Shown: positions 33,712 through 41,258 of the stretch, piece after piece
How the letters are laid out: every line of letters starts with the position of its first letter
Numbering within the stretch: position 1 is the first letter of the stretch
Source: a virus
Lineage: Duplodnaviria > Caudoviricetes
Strand: one strand, 5' to 3'
IMG/VR virus record: IMGVR_UViG_3300027563_000006
Coordinates: 6,539-70,538 of that record
Length of the DNA: 64,000 nt
Made by a program: the position numbers and the translations under genes
The notes under the pieces: generated by a model
What the model saw: only the letters and a program-made list of their open reading frames with translations
What the model was told of the DNA's origin: nothing
Database searches by the model: none

Positions 33712-36051
33712 CTACAAGTTCTTTATAACTATGACATTTGGATTTCCTTGGAAAGCCTGTGCCCCGGCCGTCCAAGCATTGCTAACTGCTCCCGAAGCCG
33801 GCACTCGGATAGTTAATGGCGAGGCGGTGCCTTCAAGTGCATTACTTCCAACACTGCCTATAAAAGCTGATGGCGCAACATAGCAAAGAATTGTAGCTAG
33901 GCTAGAGCATTCACCAAACGCATAATTCTCAATATTATTTACGGAGCTAGGGATGGTGACACTGGTTGGGATATTGCAACCATAGAACGCGTAACTCCCA
34001 AGGCTAGTTACGCTTGAGGGGATGTTAATGTTGTTTAGCGAGAAACAGCCTTCGAACGTAGAGCTCCCAACGCTAGTTACGCCAAAAGGAATGCGGGCCT
34101 CGGCTAGGTTAGTGCAACTAAAGAACGCACTGCTTCCTATCGACGTTACGCTCCTGTCGTTTGCAAAGACAACAGAAGTTACAGTGGTATTCTGTTGTAC
34201 CCAAAGACCTTGTATGGGGCCCGTTTGTGTTGAACCAACTTGATCGCCCGAAGAATTAAAAGCTCTCGAGGTGGTGATGGCGGGAGCGGCGGCGATGGTG
34301 ATGCTGGGGTTAGTCCAACCAGTAGTGGGTATAAAGTTTTGATCTGCTGCTGGATTTGTGGGATTGGCTGATGCCGAACTATTATTATCCCAGAAACGCC
34401 AAGTTGAAGTTCCAAACTTTGCTGGTGAAACTAATGAAAATTGAGGTTGGCTTGGATTGTCCCAAGATAAGCCTCCGTCAGACGTCGTATAAACACCGTC
34501 TCTAGACGTGCCAAATCCAGAAATTGTTAGATCATTAGTGGTTCCTGGAATTCCGTCAGCTCCAGCGACGACTGTCATTGGGAAGTTAAACCACCCTGAA
34601 CCGGTTGGAACTACATTTGGATCGGACGAGATATTAGTAGTATTAATAGTGTTAAATTCAAAGAGGCTAGTAAAGGAGTTAAAGGTGAATTGAACGAGCC
34701 TCCAAGAAGCCGAAGTTGAAGTACCAAATAAAACTTCCCCAGAATTGTCTCTCAAATCCATAGAGGGGGCTAACATTATCAGGCCACTATTTTGGACCTC
34801 GCTGTATTTAACATAGCTAACACCGTTAGCGGTAACAAGGGGAGCGGTGCCACTGGAAAGTTTTAATCTGGGCCCAAGTGAAGATATTTGAAAGCCAGTT
34901 CTTGCGACAAAATAAGGCCCATTACCCAGAGCATTTCCCGTTACACTTAATCGATCGGGGGTAAAGCCAGCTATAATCGAAAGATTCCTACCGGACCATC
35001 CAGAGGGGGGTACGGAAAGTGGCCCACTAGAATTGCTACTAGCAATTGTAGCTCCGGCTATATTGAACCCCCATAGGCCGGGGTTATCGAGGCCATACGC
35101 AATTCGCTCTTTGGTACCATCTGTTAAATTATACTCAAAGCTGGATGTACCTTCAACTTTCGTCAAAACCCTAAAGTACGCAGATTCGTTTGACGTCACT
35201 CGAATTGTGTTAATTCGGCTAACCAAAAATCCAAACTGTGGGATTGCAGAATTTATTTCTTCGTATAAATCAGTTACCCTGGAGTCTAGCAACTCTAAAT
35301 TTACATCTTTACCGAGCGAATAAAAAGCTAAACGTATCGCAGCGAGACTGGATATCGTAGTCGAAGTGCCCCCTTGACACGCAAATACGCCAAGCTGAGC
35401 AGCTGACGCGTTTCCAGAAACCGTATTTGCTAGTTGAGTGCTTACTCCGCCAATTCTTCTAATGAAAGTCGTTAAAAAACCCCTAGAGGCCCCAACAAAA
35501 CCTAACTGATGTAAGGCTTGATTGGTATTGCCCCTTATTCTTGTATTTATGTTGACTGCGCTTGAATACGAGAGTGACATATAATTAAATCCTGAAAGAG
35601 GTGGGCCACCCACGACGACGCCAGAAGTATCGACTTGAAGCATAGTTATAAAATAAGACAGGTGGCAATTGGTTAGGGGGAAATCCGCCGTATTGGAATT
35701 ATTGTAGCCAGTAAGAAGACCAGTTGCCCCACCATCTGACGTCAACCCAGCTTTACGGTCATAGTTTCCCGTTAAAAATTTAACATTAAGGGGGGCGTTG
35801 CCTCTTAAGGGAACCAACGCCCCAGCTAGCGTTCTCGCCCCGCACAGAATACAGGAAGCAACAAGAAAATTCCAATTCCCGTCTGCCTTGCATCCAACTA
35901 CAAAATTAATAATGGCTGTTTTTACCTCAGCTTCTAGAGCTTGACCGTCAGCAGTTTCAACTGCGTTGATATAAGCTAACGCATCCGGGTCGGGCCCAGA
36001 ACTGGAGCTAGCTTTACGCGAAAAAAATAAACCTAAGCCGAGTTTCGGCAT
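33712..36051 (-). CDS. multidomain virion/surface protein with BspA-like leucine-rich repeats (779 aa)
   Basis: MPKLGLGL start, lectin-like N-domain, three about 80-aa beta repeats ending P..GW, C-terminal TSIGSSAF..C.NL....IP..VT repeats. Confidence 0.75.
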   Translation of the reverse strand: MPKLGLGLFFSRKASSSSGPDPDALAYINAVETADGQALEAEVKTAIINFVVGCKADGNWNFLVASCILCGARTLAGALVPLRGNAPLNVKFLTGNYDRKAGLTSDGGATGLLTGYNNSNTADFPLTNCHLSYFITMLQVDTSGVVVGGPPLSGFNYMSLSYSSAVNINTRIRGNTNQALHQLGFVGASRGFLTTFIRRIGGVSTQLANTVSGNASAAQLGVFACQGGTSTTISSLAAIRLAFYSLGKDVNLELLDSRVTDLYEEINSAIPQFGFLVSRINTIRVTSNESAYFRVLTKVEGTSSFEYNLTDGTKERIAYGLDNPGLWGFNIAGATIASSNSSGPLSVPPSGWSGRNLSIIAGFTPDRLSVTGNALGNGPYFVARTGFQISSLGPRLKLSSGTAPLVTANGVSYVKYSEVQNSGLIMLAPSMDLRDNSGEVLFGTSTSASWRLVQFTFNSFTSLFEFNTINTTNISSDPNVVPTGSGWFNFPMTVVAGADGIPGTTNDLTISGFGTSRDGVYTTSDGGLSWDNPSQPQFSLVSPAKFGTSTWRFWDNNSSASANPTNPAADQNFIPTTGWTNPSITIAAAPAITTSRAFNSSGDQVGSTQTGPIQGLWVQQNTTVTSVVFANDRSVTSIGSSAFFSCTNLAEARIPFGVTSVGSSTFEGCFSLNNINIPSSVTSLGSYAFYGCNIPTSVTIPSSVNNIENYAFGECSSLATILCYVAPSAFIGSVGSNALEGTASPLTIRVPASGAVSNAWTAGAQAFQGNPNVIVIKNL

Positions 36052-36057
36052 GGCTAT

Positions 36058-36348
36058 TTATCCTGCCTTGTAGGCGATTACTTTTCCAGAGGTGAGGTCG
36101 TAGCTAGTAAACGGGCCGTAAATAATAGTGCCGGCGGTAAGGGTTACACCTACTAAACCGCCGACTGTAGAATTTAAAGCAGTCAAAGCTGAGAAAACTG
36201 TATCAGCAATAATCTGAATGGCGGCGAAATTACCCTCAACTAAGTTTGTGTCCGCTGTGTAAATAAACCCACGTTGGCCAAGGGATACGAGCCCGGCATC
36301 TGTGGGGGTAACGCTAGTAGCTAAATTTTCATCAAAAAAAGTTGGCAT
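36058..36348 (-). CDS. hypothetical virion protein (96 aa)
   Basis: Beta-rich ORF in structural operon. Confidence 0.65.
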   Translation of the reverse strand: MPTFFDENLATSVTPTDAGLVSLGQRGFIYTADTNLVEGNFAAIQIIADTVFSALTALNSTVGGLVGVTLTAGTIIYGPFTSYDLTSGKVIAYKAG

Positions 36349-36362
36349 ATAATTCTCCTATA

Positions 36363-36947
36363 CTAATCGGGTAGCACAACGTAGCCAGCCCACACGTCAG
36401 CGGTTAGAGTTGTGTTCCCGGCGTTAGCCACAATTACTGCTAATTGGGGAATAGTGTTAGGCAATATCCCAGATTTATTTTGAGTCAACTGCTGTCCTGC
36501 CGTAAAAACAGTTGAGCTTGTTGTGCTACCATCAACGTCTACGGTTAAAGTGTTAGACAATTGATTGGATGCTATGGCTATAGTCACCGCGTCAATAGTG
36601 ATTCCTGCTTTAAATACTTTTAGCTGAAGAGGAACTGTTTCGGTGCCGCTAATAGCTTTAATTCGGCATCCGAACTCTGTGACAACAGAAAACTGGGGGA
36701 TGGAGGTAAAGGTAGCTCCGTACTCATCTACTGGCGTCGGAAAAACTGTATATAAGGGAGATGAGGCTGCGGTTAAGTCAAGATTTTTCCAAAACATCAT
36801 TCGGCGAGTACCTGCTGCCGCACCAATATCTGATGGCTTTAAATTATTTAGAATTTGAGTGCTAAAAATAGAATTGACTTGAGCGGCCAAAACGCGGTCG
36901 ACAGTTGCTACAGCAGAAGCAAAGAAAGGGTTGCGAATTGAATCCAT
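36363..36947 (-). CDS. hypothetical virion protein (194 aa)
   Basis: SD aggag; beta-rich. Confidence 0.65.
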   Translation of the reverse strand: MDSIRNPFFASAVATVDRVLAAQVNSIFSTQILNNLKPSDIGAAAGTRRMMFWKNLDLTAASSPLYTVFPTPVDEYGATFTSIPQFSVVTEFGCRIKAISGTETVPLQLKVFKAGITIDAVTIAIASNQLSNTLTVDVDGSTTSSTVFTAGQQLTQNKSGILPNTIPQLAVIVANAGNTTLTADVWAGYVVLPD

Positions 36948-36958
36948 AAAGTACTCCT

Positions 36959-36986
36959 ATTGTGTGGTCTTATTTTTAATTGTCAA
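36959..36986 (-). promoter_or_regulatory. sigma70-like promoter
   Basis: TTGACA-N16-CACAAT, 11 nt before ATG at 36947. Confidence 0.55.
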
Positions 36987-37198
36987 CTATGTTTGCCAAA
37001 AATCTTTGACCAAAAGAATTCGGCAAATGTAGAAATCATAAATGTCATAACCGCTACGACTCCATAACCCATGTGGATATGCTTCTCAACCTTACCGATC
37101 CGCTGGTCATGTTTATCGCGGTCATCGAGCAAGGAATCAAGCTTCTCGTCCATGCGGGCGGTGCGCTCGACAAGGGTAAGTAGATGTTCATTTTCCAT
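36983..37198 (-). CDS. small coiled-coil plus TM protein (holin/XhlA-like)
   Basis: LVERTARMDEKLD...IGKVEK then hydrophobic GYGVVAVMTFMISTFA. Confidence 0.55.
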   Translation of the reverse strand: MENEHLLTLVERTARMDEKLDSLLDDRDKHDQRIGKVEKHIHMGYGVVAVMTFMISTFAEFFWSKIFGKHS

Positions 37199-37412
37199 GG
37201 CTAAATATCCTATCGAGGGTGGGGTATAACCGTGATTTCATCTTATTGGCAGTATAGCTCTCAACACCCAGCAAAGGCAAGAATAGTTCAAAACACATCT
37301 CGAACGATTCCCTCTCAAAACAGGCTTTGGGTCTGGATGGCGGCTTCCCGGCTTCAAGATCTTGGAGGTCGTTCCAAGCTTGCTTGACCACAGCCAGGAT
37401 CAGCTTATCCAC
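37188..37412 (-). CDS. hypothetical protein (74 aa)
   Basis: GTG start just after previous stop. Confidence 0.5.
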   Translation of the reverse strand: MDKLILAVVKQAWNDLQDLEAGKPPSRPKACFERESFEMCFELFLPLLGVESYTANKMKSRLYPTLDRIFSHGK

Positions 37413-37416
37413 GGCC

Positions 37417-37650
37417 TTACGCCATGCCTTGCTCGACAGCCTCAACCATACCCATTTCAGGAGAAGAAGTTTCCTCTTCGACTTCAACTTCAGCTTTTTT
37501 GGCTGGAGAAATCTCGACGCCTTCTACTGATGTTAGGTACATTTTGGGGCCTTTAAAATAACCACTGGCCATGAAGTCGAACGAATCGCCTTCAGCAACA
37601 CCTTCCGGAGGTGTAAAGCCTTTAGGTACGGGGAACGATATGTTTTTCAT
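37417..37650 (-). CDS. acidic 77-aa protein with scaffold-like C-terminal motif
   Basis: Ends MVEAVEQGMA; scaffold ends FVEALERGMK. Confidence 0.7.
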   Translation of the reverse strand: MKNISFPVPKGFTPPEGVAEGDSFDFMASGYFKGPKMYLTSVEGVEISPAKKAEVEVEEETSSPEMGMVEAVEQGMA

Positions 37651-37680
37651 ATTAAATGTCTTTCTTTAGAAAATAGTGTG

Positions 37681-37711
37681 ATCCCCCCAAGGGATAGAAC
37701 CTTGGGGGGAT
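37681..37711. terminator. perfect 12-bp inverted repeat after capsid/decoration genes
   Basis: atccccccaagg-N7-ccttggggggat. Confidence 0.65.
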
Positions 37712-37722
37712 CGATTAATTAT

Positions 37723-38025
37723 TTAGGCATTCAGATTACGCAACAAGGTTAAAATAGTATTAACCTTTGCAGAAACAGAGGCCAAACCATTTTTAACTGC
37801 GGTCATGTCGTCTGTGAGCGACGTAGTCGCATTCGCAGCCGGAGCAGTGATTGCAGCAATAGTGTTGGCAGCCGTACCACCTGTTGAGTCAATGATTGCC
37901 GTCAGACTCGTTGTGGCTGAAGAGCCGGTCAAAGTGGATGTCCACTCTGGGCCGTTATTCAACACACCACGAACTTGGGCAGCCAAGACATTGTCTTGGG
38001 AACGCGTTTGAAGGGGAAAGCTCAT
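37723..38025 (-). CDS. putative capsid decoration/head fibre protein (100 aa)
   Basis: Immediately after MCP, SD aaggag; Ala/Thr-rich with C-terminal heptad ending ILTLLRN. Confidence 0.6.
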   Translation of the reverse strand: MSFPLQTRSQDNVLAAQVRGVLNNGPEWTSTLTGSSATTSLTAIIDSTGGTAANTIAAITAPAANATTSLTDDMTAVKNGLASVSAKVNTILTLLRNLNA

Positions 38026-38046
38026 TTAGAGTTCTCCTTTCTTCAA

Positions 38047-39462
38047 TTAGCTAACGTAGTCAAGGCTGATGGCAGGCCGTGTGTGCAGGATGACATAGCC
38101 ATACTGCGGGAACACGGGCCGAGCGCCACTGGCCACAACACCGCGGAAGTATCCGACATTGCCGTCCGGATTGAACTGCCGATCAAGGATGTTGACCCAC
38201 TTGAACTCACCGCGGTAATTCTGAGCGTTAAAGCCCATCTTGTTACCAACGGCGATCGGGCTAGGAACCACGGAGCGCATAACATCTTGGTGGAAGATGT
38301 AGCTAACTTCGTAGGAAGCCGTCTCGTAAGCAGGGTTAATGTTGTAAGCCGTACCCTTGGTCGTGGTCTCCCTGCGGAAGGGGAACACGCGGATGAGCTT
38401 GTCATTGGTCGTATCAAACACGTTGAAGCGTGGAGGATACGGGTCGATGGAGTGGTAGAAACCACCGTAAGAACGCTCGATGCCGAGAGGCGTGAGCAAT
38501 TCATTCGGTTTGGCATACCGGTAATCCTGGCGAATGTCGGCATTCAACCGGATCAGGTTTTCGCTGGTTTCGGCACCGCAGATGAGCATGAACACAGGGG
38601 CTCCGTTTTCACGGCCCATGGCTTGCGTGCCCGCGCCGTCGCGAATCAGCTTCATGTACAACCGTTTCAGGATACCTTGTGTCAGCTGGCTCTGAGGCAG
38701 AGCGTTAGCGGCAAACGCGCCGGAGGCGGCGGTTCCAGTTCCGGCCGTAACCGCACTGTAAACACCAACCAAGTCAGTCACGCTGATGCTGAAACCATTC
38801 GACCCAGTCGAGTTGACGGGGAGAATACCAATCGTGGAAGCGCTGGGGATAACGAGGTTACCTTCAGCCGCAACCTGCTCGGTGTACAACTGCCGATAAC
38901 GGTCCTGCCAAACCAAGGAGGTCGACTCAGAGAGGACATCCATGATGTTGGAGAGCTGTTCTTTGCGTTTAACGGCAAAGCGCAAATCTTCCAGGGCGAT
39001 ATCAGGGGAATCAACCGAGGCCCACTTCAAGCTGTACTGACGGAGCTTTTGTCCGAAAGTAACGCCAGTGAGGGGGATGGGGAGTGCGTTTCCAGCCGTT
39101 GACGAGGGTGAGCTCGAAGACACGGGGGGTTGGCTTCCACCCGAGATGGTCTGGGTGTAAGGATTGAACCCGGTGTAGGTCTGATCAATCGGATTCGATC
39201 CGAGGGTACGCCATCCGAATCCAGCGTCTCCGGTGATATCACCAGCGGTATAACCGTTGGCGGTAGAGGCAGCGATGCTGCTGGAGGGGTAGAAACGTTC
39301 GAACGTGACCGAACTGATCACATCGCCCATCTCTTCGGGGAATTGTTCCTGTTTAGTGAGTTTGAGCCAGGCGGAAGTATCAACGGTCCGGCGATAAATC
39401 TCCGGTCCGATACGCCCAGCTTCTTTAACCAGCAACTGCTGGATTTCATAAGTCGTAGCCAT
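38047..39462 (-). CDS. major capsid protein (about 471 aa)
   Basis: After scaffold; strongly biased codon use; SD gaaagga; WLKLTKQEQFPEEMG and FKWVNI.D...NPDGNVGYF motifs; start at MATTYE. Confidence 0.8.
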   Translation of the reverse strand: MATTYEIQQLLVKEAGRIGPEIYRRTVDTSAWLKLTKQEQFPEEMGDVISSVTFERFYPSSSIAASTANGYTAGDITGDAGFGWRTLGSNPIDQTYTGFNPYTQTISGGSQPPVSSSSPSSTAGNALPIPLTGVTFGQKLRQYSLKWASVDSPDIALEDLRFAVKRKEQLSNIMDVLSESTSLVWQDRYRQLYTEQVAAEGNLVIPSASTIGILPVNSTGSNGFSISVTDLVGVYSAVTAGTGTAASGAFAANALPQSQLTQGILKRLYMKLIRDGAGTQAMGRENGAPVFMLICGAETSENLIRLNADIRQDYRYAKPNELLTPLGIERSYGGFYHSIDPYPPRFNVFDTTNDKLIRVFPFRRETTTKGTAYNINPAYETASYEVSYIFHQDVMRSVVPSPIAVGNKMGFNAQNYRGEFKWVNILDRQFNPDGNVGYFRGVVASGARPVFPQYGYVILHTRPAISLDYVS

Positions 39463-39499
39463 ATTAGTATTATTTCCTTTCAACCTTCCCCGCTCGCGC

Positions 39500-39683
39500 A
39501 AAGGGTAGGTTATGATTTATAATGATTCTGCCAGTCCCTATCGGGGCTATCCAGTTTCACTATATCTTCAAAACTTTTCCCTGGCGGCATCCCAGAGCTT
39601 TTAATGCCCGAATTCTGCTAGACCATCTCAATCTTTATAGGTCTTATTCAGTAAGGATCTCAATCTTTATACCTGCACTGAAC
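39500..39683 (-). ncRNA. structured 5' leader of capsid gene with two identical-loop hairpins
   Basis: TATAAAGATTGAGAT at 39657-39671 and 39625-39639, each closed by a different stem; further stems downstream. Confidence 0.6.
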
Positions 39684-39689
39684 TAGTTA

Positions 39690-39717
39690 AAAGTATCAAC
39701 CGGATGGAACGTGTCAA
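39690..39717 (-). promoter_or_regulatory. capsid-operon promoter
   Basis: TTGACA-N16-TACTTT with TG extension. Confidence 0.6.
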
Positions 39718-39731
39718 TAGCTTTAACAAAT

Positions 39732-40952
39732 TTATTTCATTCCTCGTTCAAGGGCTTCAACAAAGCTGACATCAGCCGGAACTTCCACTCCGCCACCTTT
39801 CGCTCCCCCAGATGAAGGAATCGTAGATCGAAGCTCTTTAGTGAGCTTCTCCAGCTCAGAAATGCGAGTCTGGGTCTTGGCCACATAATCTTGGAATACG
39901 TTCATAACCAGGGGCATAGCTGCCGCATTAAAGGTCAACTTGGCTTTAGCCCGGGGGTCAAGCTCAGTGTTCTCAATCTGCATGGCCTGTTGTTGAATAT
40001 TGTTTAGAGCGCTATTCCAAGTTTCATTCCCCTCGATAGGACGCAACAGGGCATTTTCTTTTTGGAGGTTTTGCCACTCAGAATCATAAGCAGTTTTAAC
40101 CTCTGTCTCCATTCTTTTCTGAAAAGCTGTTGCCTCTTTCTGCTCTTCGGCTTGAATCATCTGCAATACGGTATTAACATCTTTAGTTAGAACTTCTCGT
40201 CTTTCAAATACTTTTTGAAGTTCCTCTGCCTTGCTTCGAATGGCCAAGGAATCTACTGGATCGAATGCACTTGTAGCTTCTTTTAGCAGGGCGCGACGTT
40301 TGGCGGGATCTGGCTCAACCATTGCGGCGTAGATATTCCGGGGATCAACTCCCTCGTAAAGCTTGCTGATATCGGAAACCTCTTTCTGAATGCCGTTCAG
40401 GGGCTCAGTAACTGCCTGCTTGTATTCCTTGGTGGATTCCAGCCTGGAGAACTTCAACTCATTCTCATACTCATCTCGCTCCTGTTTGAGAGTGTTTAAC
40501 TGATTCTGCAAGTCAATCTGCTCCACCGAATTAGTCGGGGCATCAGAAACTTTTTCTTCCATTTCTTTTAATTTTGTGCGGGCTTCGCGCAAATCTTTGG
40601 TCAGGCGGGCCCAAGCTGTCTGAGCCTCTGGCTTAAGATTTTCTGGAGCTTTAATATCCAATTCATCGGAAACAACCTCTGTCTTTGTGACTTCTTCCTG
40701 TCCAGTCATCCGCCGAGTCAAAATATCCAAAGGATTGGTTGTGGAGGAAGCGTCGGTCTTGGCCACCTCAACGGGTTTCGCGATCTCAGCTGGGGCCGTT
40801 ACAGCGGTTGCAACAGGAGCTTCTGCTACGAGAGCCTCTGCTACGGGAGCTTTATCTAGAGCTTCAAATCCGGCGTCAAATGCGTCAGCAAAATTAATAT
40901 TATTCGATTCCGTTGCGGTTGCTGTGGGTTCTGCGGTCGCTGTTTCACTCAT
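39732..40952 (-). CDS. capsid scaffolding protein
   Basis: Acidic Ala/Pro-rich N-terminus, long coiled coils, between portal and MCP. Confidence 0.75.
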   Translation of the reverse strand: MSETATAEPTATATESNNINFADAFDAGFEALDKAPVAEALVAEAPVATAVTAPAEIAKPVEVAKTDASSTTNPLDILTRRMTGQEEVTKTEVVSDELDIKAPENLKPEAQTAWARLTKDLREARTKLKEMEEKVSDAPTNSVEQIDLQNQLNTLKQERDEYENELKFSRLESTKEYKQAVTEPLNGIQKEVSDISKLYEGVDPRNIYAAMVEPDPAKRRALLKEATSAFDPVDSLAIRSKAEELQKVFERREVLTKDVNTVLQMIQAEEQKEATAFQKRMETEVKTAYDSEWQNLQKENALLRPIEGNETWNSALNNIQQQAMQIENTELDPRAKAKLTFNAAAMPLVMNVFQDYVAKTQTRISELEKLTKELRSTIPSSGGAKGGGVEVPADVSFVEALERGMK

Positions 40953-40967
40953 AGTTTATTTTCCTTA

Positions 40968-41258
40968 TTACTGATTTGTTTCTTCTATTTTGGTTTCCCA
41001 AGGTTCTGGCAAGTTTGAAGGCTCACCTGGTTCTTCTGACAGTGTTGACAGTACACGTATTGCCTCAAAGTAACCTTCTCTTCGAGCATTTAGAGTCGCG
41101 TTCCAATCAATAAAATCGACATTTGGGGGAGGAAGAGTTGCGGATGGGATGCCTAAATTTAATAGGACTTGTATCAAAGATTCACCGGCTTCTGATTTGC
41201 AGAAGACTTTCCAAGCGTTCTTGAGATCGGCTCGTTTATTCCAATCGTTTAACGTCAT
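40968..41258 (-). CDS. small head-module protein (96 aa)
   Basis: Between portal and scaffold; ARREGY motif reminiscent of Bbp19-like proteins. Confidence 0.6.
   Translation of the reverse strand: MTLNDWNKRADLKNAWKVFCKSEAGESLIQVLLNLGIPSATLPPPNVDFIDWNATLNARREGYFEAIRVLSTLSEEPGEPSNLPEPWETKIEETNQ

Noticed and set aside
37975-39102. 375-aa + strand ORF antisense to the major capsid gene
   Set aside because: Expected from the strong codon bias of a highly expressed gene; no recognisable domain
39625-39671. 15-bp direct repeat as a mini-CRISPR
   Set aside because: Only two copies with a 17-nt gap and no cas genes; better explained as twin hairpin loops
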